Shown here piece by piece: positions 24,583-37,260 of a stretch of DNA of 64,000 nt. Where the stretch lies: assembly GCA_030141605.1 (NCBI GenBank), contig JAQGDQ010000371.1, positions 165,588-229,587 of the forward strand, in the 5' to 3' direction. The stretch's first letter is position 1; each line of letters opens with the position of its first letter. This DNA comes from Tubiluchus corallicola. Lineage: Eukaryota > Animalia > Priapulida. The position numbers and the translations under genes are program-made. Below the pieces are notes generated by a model, which saw only the letters and a program-made list of their open reading frames with translations, was not told the origin of the DNA and did not search any database.

Positions 24583-24900
24583 ATTCTTCTTCTTCTTCTG
24601 TTTCTCTAAACATCTACTGTGGACATTGAGCCTCTATCCTTTATTAGAACACCCCAGTTCCTATGATGCTATTGTTTAGTCTGATTCTTTATTAACACTC
24701 ATCTGATATAACTGATATCCAAGTTATTTGGGTTTCCCTGGAGGTGGGTTAGTAGGTTTCAGTGCCTCGTTTAATGCTAATCTCACTAGTGTTGTTTCAG
24801 GCAACAACATTAAATGTTCTACCCATCTGAGCCTTCTGATTCTGATTACGGTGCTCCAATGTTCTTCTTTGCTTCTGTTACGCAGCCGCTCATTTGAAAT
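24583..24900 (-). mobile_element. RTE-like LINE 3' fragment
   Basis: (AGA)n tail; decayed RLRWVEH...PGKPKITW-like coding remnant. Confidence 0.5.
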
Positions 24901-25512
24901 GATATATGGGTCATTCCATGTCAGTTCACCCGAAATTCTGAATCATCTACACCCGACCATCTTGGATTTTGATGAATTACTATCATCGCCGTCATCGTCA
25001 AACTCACCATCATCGAAATTACACAATTGAAAAGTATTTTTATAATTAAATTGGCCATCACAGAGCGTTAAAATGCAAAAAATCCTAATACATTAAAGCA
25101 ACCAAAAATTGCTACGTTCAATGCCAAACGTTCCCTAAATTGAATGCTATTTTATCAACAACTGCAAAGCCAGTAGAACGGTCATGATCATGATCGGTCA
25201 CATCCCAAAAATAACAATTTGTCATCCACAGGAAACGGAAGTGCTCTGGGCCAGCTCTGCCACTAGGCAAACTAGGCAATTGGGGGTGCCCAAATTCTAG
25301 AAGTAATTCTTAAATTTTAAGTTTAGTATAAGTAATAGCATAATGCATGTGTAGTTGTTTAAGTGCACAACACTAAAAGAAACAAACATTTTGCATTATG
25401 CTCCTGTCGAGATGTATGACGTATCAATAATGAGCCATATGGGCTATTTTACTACAGCGTCGCAAGAAAACCGTAGAAGTAATGATTTTTATTCATGTAA
25501 ACTGTTTTTTAG

Positions 25513-25698
25513 GCATATAGCCTCGAAGGCGTGGTCAGAGAAGAAGAATATTTAGCATTTGGCAATGTCCGTTGGACAGTGACAGAGAATCCAGCTAATA
25601 TACCCACTGGTTATGCAAATGAACTTACCCTTTGCAGTTCAAGACCAAAGCTGCAACACTTGAGGTCTGCTCTGTGCGCATTGCAAGAATATATTCAG
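25513..25698 (+). CDS. BRCA2: BRCA2 exon, OB3
   Basis: YLAFGNVRW...IPTGYANELTLCSSRPKLQHL matches LIAASNLQW...LFAGDFSVFSASPKEGHF. Confidence 0.9.
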
Positions 25699-25936
25699 GT
25701 ACAAATGATTTTATTTGCAATATTATGCATTTACGTACAAGCCGTTATATTGATTTTTTTCTGCATGTTACTCAAGTGTTCAAAATACCAAAAAGCAAAC
25801 TGCTACTAGAACGTGACCTGTGAAAAACTAGTGCTAATAAAACAATCAAAGTCTCCATTAGTGATAACTTGTTTTTGTAAGACAGCTGTCAAATTTATTT
25901 CCTAGCTTTTGTGTTACTGACAGAACAAGTCCAATG

Positions 25937-26427
25937 CAGGGATGAGAATTTTCCGCGGATATGCGGAATTCCGAGTTTTTGGAAGACCAGTGGTGCCATT
26001 TTTGTAAATCGCGTAAATTCGTGGAGAAAATTTTTACGGACCCAGTACATTATTTCACAAGCTGACCGCTAGTTGGCAGGCCGTCACTTTGTTTACATCA
26101 CGTACATCAGTGTAACCACGTGTATATCTGTATGTATAAAAATATAGAATCAATTGTGCGTAGTTATTTGACTCAATTGCAGACTGGTTTTTATGTACTT
26201 TTGCACAGGAGCGGCCAGTACTTGGGTATCTGTAGTACTTAAGTATCCTTGATAGTTGGGTATTTTAAATCATGCATGAAACAAGGTAACTGACATTTTA
26301 AGTCCACTTAGAGGCTCTCTATGGTCACAAAATTGCAATTTTTTGTTTCGCCCCCTTGAACCTCCATGGGGGCCTCAAACCCCCGGCCTGTTTCAGAATT
26401 TTTTGCAGTTTGTCATTCTCATCCCTG
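25937..26427 (+). mobile_element. MITE with 13-bp TIR and 6-bp TSD (hAT-like)
   Basis: CAGGGATGAGAAT...ATTCTCATCCCTG flanked by CCAATG on both sides. Confidence 0.88.
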
Positions 26428-26719
26428 CCAATGGCCAACTGACAATTTGACAAGATGATCATGATGATCCTTTCCAAAGGACTGACTTTCCAAAGTCATA
26501 ATGATCATTTTGTTACTTTGTTAGTTAATTGATTGTTTGTTAGCCATTGGACTTGTCTCTTCAGTAAACAAGAAAGCTAAGGAATTTATTTCAGAGCTGT
26601 CTTGCAAAAGGAGGTTATCGCTAATGCAATTTTTATTGTTTTATCCGGGGAAGAGTGTCCCGGATTGAATCACTTTTCCATGCTAATTCTAGAGTTACTA
26701 AACAAAGACTGCTTTTCAG

Positions 26720-26845
26720 GATGTAAAGGTATTCGTTGCCAAAGCAAAGCAGCGACTGAAATGGCAATTTGAAAGACAGCAATCAACATCTTCGCCAAGA
26801 TGGTCCGCCAGTTCTGCTTCAAAAGCACATGTTCAACACGCACCA
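26720..26845 (+). CDS. BRCA2: BRCA2 exon following OB3
   Basis: DVKVFVAKAKQRL...PRWS resembles NIDILCNEAENKL...PKWS; ttttcag acceptor, gtgagt donor, 126 nt. Confidence 0.8.
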
Positions 26846-27317
26846 GTGAGTAGAATTTTACCATTAGATTTAGTATGTGAGTATCTAAACACAGTTTCCC
26901 CCATATGATGTTATTAGAATTGTTTATTTCTGCATTCAAGATTTAGTAAATGATTTGTAATTGTCAATGTCACATCATCATCACATGAAGCATCAGTTTC
27001 GCAACAGTTCTCTGTGAGTTGCCATTAAAGTCACGTAAACACAAATTCTAGTTACGTATTGGCCTAATATATACAACGATTTTTTCATCAGTGGAAGGTA
27101 GGAAGCTGTGCAGTTAGGAAGGCGGTTAATGTTTGTGTTGCATCTTTTGTTAACAGGATTTAGTCATTGCTTCTCTGATTGAAATTACGGTCAAATTGTC
27201 ATATTGATTGTTTGAATGCTATGTTTAAGAAACCACGGCGACCATGAAAACAAACTTTGTGTCTTATGTTGACAAATTCACTGTGACCGCTGCAGTGAGA
27301 TAATTTTTTCTTTTCAG

Positions 27318-28799
27318 AAGTTTGGCTTCACAGGCGGTAATCCTAGTTTACTCACTTTTCGTAATTCACTCATCTCAGTCGGATGCAAGAAGTTGCAGAA
27401 CAATCACATTTCTCCTTGTTATTACCAAAGCGAAGCATTGAAAAACGAATTCCTGCAACGACGCGCAAGTCACCTGGAAATCTACGGAGAACCACCTCCT
27501 TTAGCTGAACTCCCCAGCCCGATATTTCCGACAGTAAGCAGGCAGTTTAAGATTGTTTCTCCAGACTTTGGAAAAAGTTCTTCTGAGAACAAAAACACTC
27601 GAAGATTATATGGTCTTAGAAGTAGGAATGTCCAGAATTCTACGGTGGTTTCTACGACAATTACTAGTGCTTGTTCTGAATCTGATTTACAGCAATCTTT
27701 TACAATCTCAGATAATAAAAACATGGACTCAAACACACATACAACTTCAGTGGTACCTGTGCCTTTGACTGGGAAGCCTTTGTTCACCGAGGAATCTCCA
27801 ACTGTTTGTGGTGTGTTAGACACTACTGCTGGCAGCTGCAAGACATTTACTCACGTGACTAATGCAAAGGTCTCTAGTGAAGCTCGTAATTCCGCATCTT
27901 CCAAAGTCCTTTCAGAGTCTGTGAATAGTGATACTTGTAGAACTTCACCATCTGTTTCTTGCTCAAGTGTAAATCGTCAAAATGTGACTGATATCCGGAC
28001 TAAATCTGCCTTATGCAGCGTGACACCATTTAATATTAAAGGCGAAAGTTATAAAGACGATGTTCCTGAAAACAACACGCAAACAGAAATTGGTAACTCG
28101 TCGCCCGTTTTTAATGTCTCGTCACTATCAAATAAACAAGATTTGGTAATTCTGTCTGACAAGTCCTGCAGTTGTGACATTCAAGTGTCGAATGCAGGAA
28201 CTTCGTGTTGTCATGGTGCTGAGATCCTAGTCAAGAAAATAGAGCCTGAACAATCTACTCTAAATGTTTCCATTGGACACATAAAATCAGACATCCGTGA
28301 TGTGTCGAAAGTGAGTGTGAAAGATGGAATTCACACACGGCGCAATATGTTGAAATTAAGAGAACAAGCTGATGTTAGTGAAAGTACGCAAAGTACTGAT
28401 TGCGAAACCGCTACTGCATCTCAAGTATCGTTAGCTATCGCTCATTCGTCTGCAGAGAATACAGACTCTCAGAAAAGTGCAAATAATGACAGTGGTAAAC
28501 CGAGAAAGTTGCGCCGTCGAAAGAGGAAAAGGCTGTTTAGCCCTGCTGTGAAACGACATCGAGCGGGGGCAACGGATAACACGATTAGCGCTGCGGTAGG
28601 AAAAAACTGCATGATTGACAGTGATAGCGTCACAAATCTTGGATTCAACTGCGACAGTCAGAATGTGTCTAGTGATGGCGCAAGTGTAGTCTCATCTGCT
28701 GAAAGTAGAAGAAAAATATCAAGCCAGAAAAAACGAAATCGAAAAACCACTCCGGTACGTCGATCGGCTAGAATAGCTTCTCAATCGCAAGTTAGTTAA
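27318..28799 (+). CDS. BRCA2: BRCA2 last coding exon (TR2-like motif, Ser-rich tail, basic NLS-like clusters)
   Basis: Acceptor in frame with the 468-aa ORF; RRAS..L....PPP..........F motif; KPRKLRRRKRKR and KKRNRK. Confidence 0.85.
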   Translation, partial: KFGFTGGNPSLLTFRNSLISVGCKKLQNNHISPCYYQSEALKNEFLQRRASHLEIYGEPPPLAELPSPIFPTVSRQFKIVSPDFGKSSSENKNTRRLYGLRSRNVQNSTVVSTTITSACSESDLQQSFTISDNKNMDSNTHTTSVVPVPLTGKPLFTEESPTVCGVLDTTAGSCKTFTHVTNAKVSSEARNSASSKVLSESVNSDTCRTSPSVSCSSVNRQNVTDIRTKSALCSVTPFNIKGESYKDDVPENNTQTEIGNSSPVFNVSSLSNKQDLVILSDKSCSCDIQVSNAGTSCCHGAEILVKKIEPEQSTLNVSIGHIKSDIRDVSKVSVKDGIHTRRNMLKLREQADVSESTQSTDCETATASQVSLAIAHSSAENTDSQKSANNDSGKPRKLRRRKRKRLFSPAVKRHRAGATDNTISAAVGKNCMIDSDSVTNLGFNCDSQNVSSDGASVVSSAESRRKISSQKKRNRKTTPVRRSARIASQSQVS

Positions 28800-28920
28800 G
28801 TGAGTTAGTTAAAAGTTTTAATTAAAATTAAATGCAGTCAGCAATGGTTAATAACAAGTTTTTTTGTTTTTTATTGGTACATTAACTGTGCATGAATTAG
28901 CAAAACATTACAATATAAGT

Positions 28921-30204
28921 CATTTTTTCACATTACACATTTACAATAGTTTCATATACAATATATAGTGAAAGGGCCTACAATGAACATAATACAAGTA
29001 AGTTTTTATTGTTTCTGCACAAGAAAAGCCTCACAAGAACAGATGTAAATGTGTTGCGGGCAATCAAAAAGCAAGGCTTGTTAGATTGCCCCACACAGGG
29101 AAAGAAAAAAAGGAATGAAAATAATCTGAAAATTTGAAGTGAATCGTATGATAAAGAAAACATTAGTGCTTAAAATGGAATGATGTAATGAATGAAGCTC
29201 GTATATGAGACGATATGAAAGATAGAACGACTATTATTTGTTAATATTATGTAAAATTAAGATAACTTGATTAAGATACCTGGATTGTTTTGCCACCACT
29301 GTGAGGATGGATACTGATAGAAGTTTTGATTACTCACTGATACTTACTTAAACTTTGATTTAAGTAAACCGTAATATTTTGTGGTAGACATAGCATAGTA
29401 CGTGTGTCCTATTTATGCTATTTGCATCATCACAATACATGCTAATATTAGCATTTTTGACAACGTGTATCATACTTGCAAGATATTATCCTCTTTTAAT
29501 GAGATATTCATACTGTCCACCTTACTGACCCCCTAACTAAATTACCTCTCTTTGTTTTTCTGCTAGTATAACCCCTTTTTCCATTTTCTTTTCTTTCAAA
29601 TTACCGCTTTGCACAAGTTAGCTCATTACGTTTGCATGCCTGTCTGTTTGAACAGCACTGAGTGGTGGTAGTTGTCTAGTCCAGAGCAATTTTCACTGTA
29701 TCAGACTGTAACTTGCAGCATTGTCAGTACCTTACGCTGTATGACTGATTTCAGCTGATGTTGCTAACACAAATAGAAGAGCAATTAGTAAAAAAGTTAA
29801 GTCCATCCTCACAGTAGTGGCAAAACAGTGGTGTTAGCTTAATCAAGTTGTCTTAATTTTACATACTATTAACAAATAATAGTCTTTCTATCTTTTATAT
29901 CATCTCATATATGAGCTTCATTCATTACATCATTCCATTTTAAGCACTAATGTTTTCTTTATCATACGATTCACTTCAAATTTTCAGATTATTTCCATTA
30001 CTTTTTTTCTTTCACAGTGTGGGACAATCTAACAAGCCCTGCTTTTTGATTGCCCGCAACACATTTACATTTGTATATAGGTGAACAGTGTGTGAGGCTT
30101 TTCTTGTGCAGAAACAATAAAAACTTATTTGTATTATGTTCATTGTAGGCCCTTTCACTATATATTGTACATGAAACTATTGTAAATGTGTAATGTGAAA
30201 TAAA
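28921..30204. repeat. Inverted pair of LINE 3' UTR copies
   Basis: About 390-bp arms at 28925-29311 and 29801-30202 are reverse complements. Confidence 0.9.
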
Positions 30205-30427
30205 TTTTATCGTCTGTGACAGTTAATTCAAGTGATCGGTAGATTTTTTACCACAACACTGTGCTGATGTTTTTAAATAGAAAAAGAAAGCAGTTACAGT
30301 TAGCAGGTATAATAGTTATGATATTCAAGAAAGTAGTTTTCTTACTAAGTTGTGAAAAATCTATAAATACCTATTGATTTGTGAGGAGAAGCTATACTTA
30401 AAATCGTACCTAATGCATAATCGTTTA

Positions 30428-30964
30428 AGGAAAACCGGATGATTGTGTAAACATGAGTTCAGAGTAAGGAATGCTCTAAAATATTGAAAACTACAATAGC
30501 ATTCTCTAAATCAAAGCTTAGATTAAATAATAATTACCTCGGATACTCAAATTTCGTTAAACTTTCAAAGCTACGTGCGGCTGAATGAATCTACTAAGAT
30601 TGGCAGCGGCGCCTTTTTGTCACCTTCGCGTGGCCGACAAATAGAAGGCGGCACCGTGATAACCATGATCATAAACTGCAGTTTTAGTTTGTGACATCAT
30701 ATGACGTAGAGCCCATTTTTCCTGTCATCATGCATTTAAACAGTACTGTAACACTTATGCAAACGTGCTTGACGCGCAAGGGAAGATGCCTGCCTTTGCA
30801 CAAACTGTGGTTAGTTTCTGACGTAAGCAATAGCCGTGTTCGGTGTTCTTAAGCTAATTATTCAAATATAAGAAACAATTGCTAACTTTTATAGGCAAGA
30901 AAGTGTATATTCTGGACAGTAAATTAAAAAAGAGATTGACTCTAAACAATCTTCCGGTTTTCCT
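30428..30964. mobile_element. Kolobok-like MITE
   Basis: AGGAAAACCGGATGATTGT...ACAATCTTCCGGTTTTCCT followed by TTAA. Confidence 0.75.
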
Positions 30965-31435
30965 TTAAAAATATAATTGTTTGCCCTTTGTTTAATACTT
31001 TGTGAAGTAATGTGCCTGAAATAAGTTCTATTTTTTCTAAAGCGTAGTATTACAGTACAGTGTGTAATACTTTTTTGAAAGATGGAGGAAATAAGATGTC
31101 CTTCAGTGTCAGATTCTGTCTATCATTAGAGATTTATCTGTACGTTGAGTGTTAATAAACTATTTGTATTGATGTCACGTGTGTCACTCACCGTCATTAA
31201 TGTTCAACACGTATAGCTGTTACTATAATTAGCCTTCAAACCTCTTGGCCTTATTGCTATAATAACCTATTGTGCGTTTAACAATATGTGAGGGACTGTA
31301 GCAAAACTGTTGTGCAAATATTCTCCCGTCTAAAACGTCTGTTGTGTGTTCTATTAGTTAGGTAATCCATGTATGTACAAACCTATAAATCCTACGGGTC
31401 AATATTGAACAAGACGGATTGAGTATAGTGTTATA

Positions 31436-31769
31436 TAGGTTTTACACGTCAAATGTAGACCTACGTTAAGTCAAATGTAGATTTAGGTAATTCAAATGTG
31501 TCTTGGTAGTTCAAATGTGTTAACAATGGTTTTCAACAAATCGTAAGTCAAATGTAGACACGTGTCAAGTCAAATGTCCTATGTCTACATTTGACTTACC
31601 TAAGTCACATTTGAGTTACCAAAACACATTCGAAATTCCTATGTCTACATTTGACTTACCTAAGTCACATTTGAGTTACCAAAACACATTCGAAATTCCT
31701 ATGTCTACATTTGACTTACCTAAGTCACATTTGAACTTTCCTGTGTCTACATTTGACGTGTAAAACCTA
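31436..31769. mobile_element. Palindromic MITE with internal 60-bp tandem repeat
   Basis: 25-bp perfect TIR TAGGTTTTACACGTCAAATGTAGAC with TA flanks; about 2.6 copies of 60 bp at 31578-31735. Confidence 0.85.
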
Positions 31770-33189
31770 TAGTAGGTTTATTATCTGTCAACTTTGCATT
31801 TATTTTGTAAAATAACAAGTACTTAAAAGTGTAAATTTGTTAAATCGTTATTAATTAGAAATGAAACAAATTAATAATGATGATGATGACGTTTATTTAA
31901 AGCGGTTTTAAGTTCAACACACAACACAAACTGCCACGAAACTTTTACTGCCAACAGTAAAGACAAAGTTATTATTACTCCATGTTTATTTCAGATACCT
32001 TGCGCCAATCAGGACAACAGCGTCAGCATGTACCACTTTTTAAAGTCTATATTGACCTGACTGCTGTGCCATACTCACATACCTCCCAGACTCACAGACT
32101 CATTGACCTCCCAGACGGAAAGCAGACGCATTTGATTACACTATATACCGACTGGTTATAATAGACATAGTAGACTTCCTGGTAGTATTTTAGTGTGTTT
32201 CTTTTCTAAGTTATTCATTTTTTATATTGTTTATATAAGACATTACTACGATAGTTTAGTTTTTGTTTGAAAACTTTTTGTCATGTGGTATCATTTTCTT
32301 ATTTGTTAAGTATGTGTGCCATATATTTACTGAGAGAAATATTGTAAGTATAGTTTTTGTGTTTGTGTTGCCAGTTGTAGGCATAATGTTTCTCATGTGC
32401 GTGACAAGAATTAAGCCTAATTTTGTTCGTTACCTCATCGTTCGTTAAATTATGTTTTTTATTAAAATAATTTCAAATTAAACATTCTGTTTCATGTTTT
32501 CCAATAACTGGATTTGTAAACAGATAAAGTTTAGCTAGTTCTTTAGCAGCGTTCGTCCTTGCGCGAGCAAAACACAAATTCACGTTTTCACCGATTATGA
32601 ACGATATCGTCAATGTACGTGCCTTGATTGAAAATAACTGTAATTTTTATTTACTTTGAGTCCACCATGTTATAAAGATTCGTTAACTGATAAATAACTA
32701 CCTAACGATAAATGTTAAAATTGGTGGTATAAGAGTAATAAGATACAATAGCAAAAGACGTTTATTTTCCCCACATTACATAATAATACATGTAGCAGTA
32801 GTGATGATAAGATATGCCTCTATACGCTTGTATAATAATAATTTAGCAGCATTGATATCTGTAGATTCAGCCTTCGTTTATTGTGCTGGAAGCGCTTAGA
32901 AGTTTTACGAAAACTTTAAAGCTCCCGCTGTTTGAATAGATGAAAGAGTTACAAGTATTTACAACGCCCGCAGGGCATAATTATTTTCTGATGCACCTTG
33001 ACAGTGGCCTATAGTGAAAGCTGATTTGATGGTCTAAGGTCGGACGAAGTCTTTTGTGTTGATAAAATGATCCTTCTTGATAATTTTCAAATATTGAATC
33101 GAAGTACATTATTATCAAGCATCTTGTTTTCCGCGTAGCTGCATCTTGGGCAAGTTTCTTGGCAGGTTTTACGACCAGTTATTGAATTA

Positions 33190-33749
33190 CAGTCGACCTA
33201 GGATATAAGGGACACCTCGGGACCGGAAAAAAATCGTCCCTTATATCCGATGTCCCTTATAGCCGAAGTTGAGTCAGACCGAGGGTGTATCTAGGACCTG
33301 CGAGCTCTATGTACCTCTTCTAGTAGCCTAATGTCCAATGAACCGTTTGTCGCAATGTATGTAATATGCCGATTTAATGCAAACACATCCAATCGTCTTG
33401 AACTGTACACAAAAATCGATGTTTATTCAAACTCATCCCAATTAGAAGCCATTTTACTACTAGTCTTAAAGAATACAGTCGGGCCCGCGCGGGGTCTCTG
33501 CATAGGCTTTTTAGAATGTAAAACATATTTGATCATAGGGTCCCTTATATGCGAGGTAATTTACCTGGGTCTCTATTACGTGCAACCTAAAGACATTGTC
33601 CCTTATAACCGAAAGACCCTTATATGCGAGTACCTTATATACGAAGATTTTTCTAAGGAAAAATGTTACGAAAAATCGGGACCGGTGTTGGTGGTCCCTT
33701 GTAAGCGAATGTTCCTTATAAGCGAGTATGTTATACCCGAGGCTGACTG
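33190..33749 (+). mobile_element. Tc1/mariner (pogo-like) MITE
   Basis: TA-CAGTCGACCT...AGGCTGACTG-TA with repeated CCTTATA subterminal motifs; accounts for ORFs 33331 and 33511. Confidence 0.8.
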
Positions 33750-34286
33750 TATGTGTAAAGTCTCCTGTAAATGTAGTACACGTATCAGAGAACTCCGTTA
33801 TGATGAGTTCTTGCCTCATTAATAGGCCTACCTATAAACAAATAAACTTGAAATTTCAGCAGAGCGCTTTCTTTTTCTTTATTGCTATTAAAATACCTCA
33901 AGCATGCTTCTTGATAAAATTAGTGTATCATTAATTACAGAAGAATGAATGATTACAAGCGTATTCTAATTTTCGTACAAGTATCTTACAATTTTACTCA
34001 CGAATTTTAATAAAAAAATTTAAACGCTTATTGTACGTAGTTTTTATTACGCATTTATAAGTAAATTTTAAATTGATTTAGTTTTTAGGCTGAAATCGTG
34101 TAATGTAAATACCAGACTAAAGTAAAAATTTTGTAATTATTTTTCTTTCACAAAGAATTTAGTTTCTGCTGTTTGTCCGTAATTTTAGACTAGTTTAGAT
34201 TTAGGATTGATAAATTTTTAATTAAGCAGAAAGTTATTATAATATAGTCGGTAAACAGCTAACAACTCGTGTTATACATGTATATG

Positions 34287-35330
34287 ATTAGATTAGATTA
34301 GATTAGATTAGATTAGATTAGATTAGATTTATTCAATCCAAATATGCAATTGTACATATACAATAAAATCTTACAGATAAATATGGTTAGCTAATATTTT
34401 AGGAAGGGAGAAAGCCATTAGGCACGAATGCACTTACGGTGGCCCACATTAATTAGTTATTTCTATTAAATTTACAATTAAATCAAAGGATTAAAATCAA
34501 ACATAAGTAGTTTAAATGAAAAAAAAAGTTGGTAGCATTAACAATCTCCGACGCCCTCCCATCGAAGTTCCACGCATCGATCACCCTATTTGCAAAAGAG
34601 CATTTAAAAACATCAGTACGGCAATAATTTTTGTACAACTTGTAACTATGGTCCTTTAATCCGAGACTAGGTGCGTAGGTAAAAAAATCGTTAAAACTTA
34701 GATCTATAAGTCCATGGCAAATTTTGTACACCATTTTCATATCAAAAATAAAATGTCTGGTTGCAAGAAGTAAAAGAGGACATGTTAAACTATGTTAAAA
34801 GCGTTAGATTATGCTGATGAACGCTGGCATGAAGCCCAGTTAAGGTGTGGTGTCACTTGATCAAGTGATTCAGAACTGAAGCGTAGGCGTCGAAGCTCGG
34901 CGCACGAGATATAAGCCTTGTGATGCGCCCAGCTCAGGAGATTGAGTCTGGGAGCTGAAGGAAAGCAGGCTAGATCAGGGGGTTTGGCATTACTATCTGT
35001 TATATTTATTGTGTTTGATGTTCAATAAACGTGTAGTTTTATAATCTGACTCTTCATAGTTTTGCCATCCTAAAACACCAATAATCAGCTTTACACAACC
35101 AATACAACGAATTATTTTACTCAAGAGTCTGTAATTTCAAATGGTACAGCCTACTAAAATAGTTAACAAAATTAACCTACATTTCGCATATAACCGTTTT
35201 GTAACATATCTTTGTACTCGCTCGAGTTTATCAATCATAGTAACATTGTGAGGATTCCACACAGGGGTGCAATATTCCAACAAAGGTCTAACGAATGACT
35301 TATACGATAAATGATCAACTTTAATGAATT
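34287..35330 (-). mobile_element. CR1-type LINE 3' fragment interrupted by a solo LTR
   Basis: YKSFVRPLLEYCTPVWNP and HSYKLYK...SFANRVIDAWN; (TAATC)n tail. Confidence 0.85.
34783..35077 (+). mobile_element. Solo LTR
   Basis: TGTT...AACA termini, internal TATAA near 34910 and AATAAA at 35024; interrupts LINE coding sequence; no clean TSD. Confidence 0.65.
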
Positions 35331-36580
35331 TTTGTTATGTACAAAGAAATAATTAACAAGATTCTGCAACAACAATAACAAGCAGGTGGCGCTTCCTACG
35401 TGTGTTAGTCATAAGGACAGTCATATAAAAGTAAAAGTGTTAAAAACCTTGATCTCATAGGAATTGAACATGCGACCTGTAGTGACCTCAAGGGTGCATT
35501 ATCAGTTGTGCTATAAAAGCCACATGCTTCTGTGCCTGTGTTACTCCAAAAGTGAAGATTTAGCCGCCTTCAAGACTAAACTATCTTTTAGTTAGTTTTT
35601 CACACTTTTTAATTTAAATTGTTTTTAGATTGCACACTAGCTAAAAGCTTATTTCAGATTTGCCTATAAACACACGCAATAGAAACACTAAAAATGTAAA
35701 CACAATAATCAAAAGTACGAGTCTATGAGCAGATATAAACAGCCCACCTTGTATTATGCAAAGACGTGTAAAAGATCCAAAATTCTAAAAAATAAAACAT
35801 TTAAATACGTGGAGCGAGCCATAAATAGTATTCATACAGAACACACAGGGTTTTGTAAAACATTTTAGTAGCTAAAATGTGGCGCGCGGTCTCACGAAGT
35901 AGATACGACAGAAATAGAGTAAAAATGGCTGTTATACTTGAGACTGTCTCTTATGATGTTGGTGACAGTCAGAAATGAGGCACTGCATACTCATGATATC
36001 ACTTTAATAATTAGCAGTAATAACTCGCTGACTTATGAAATATATAACTGTGTGATTTGTAAATAATAGTTACTATAAACATGTGTTAGAAATTGCCTAA
36101 AGGTGTTAGAACAGCGGCTGCTGCTTTAGGCCTCTGATTCTTCGAAGATTAGCTATGTCAGCTGCAAGTTCACGGAGTCCACAACACAATGTGAACCAGC
36201 CAGTAGATTTAACATTCGCCTTATTGTTTGCTAAGATTTGGACGACCGGCACATAAGTCATTATAATTGTTCATAATTCACCTTCATGGCTCGGTAACTT
36301 TATGCGCTACTTTCATAGTAACATTTATCGTCATTCTCAACTGCTGCACTGGTAATTGTAATCAAGCTTCCGTGTCGCGCATAAAGAGTAGGCCCACGGT
36401 GTTTTTTATAAGTTTATTACCTGTTTGTTTCTACATTGTTTACTTTTTAGTGCGTAAAGACTCAAAAGCTATGAACAAGCAGCTAACAAGCAGGAAAACT
36501 TCGTAATTTTGTCGAAATTTTTACTGAGATTTGCTCTGATTTACAAGACGTTATACTAGTGTTACGTACATCTAAAGAAA

Positions 36581-36672
36581 ATGAAAGTATATTTAGTGTA
36601 TTTGTGTATTTTAAGTTCATTGCGGATAGAGGCTAAACTGTGGTGGAAGTCTGCCATCTATACACCAAACGG
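36581..36672 (+). CDS. TGFBI: TGFBI/periostin-like gene, first coding exon (signal peptide)
   Basis: MKVYLVYLCILSSLRIEAKLWWKSAIYTPN-G; phase-2 donor gg|gtaact rebuilds GPNLC with the next exon. Symbol denotes the family, not proven orthology. Confidence 0.8.
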
Positions 36673-36825
36673 GTAACTATTTTTGACGATATTTATTATG
36701 AGAAAGTTTTCTTTCAGTCTTCTTTACGACAATGACTCAGTCTTATTTGGGATGTAGTTAGTTATAATGAATCGGTGTAATTATTAATTTGGCATTTTCT
36801 TATTACTCGAAACACAAACTTCAAG

Positions 36826-37260
<435 letters not shown>

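Noticed and set aside
33331-33934. 163-aa and overlapping ORFs
   Set aside because: They lie in a non-autonomous MITE and show no recognisable domain
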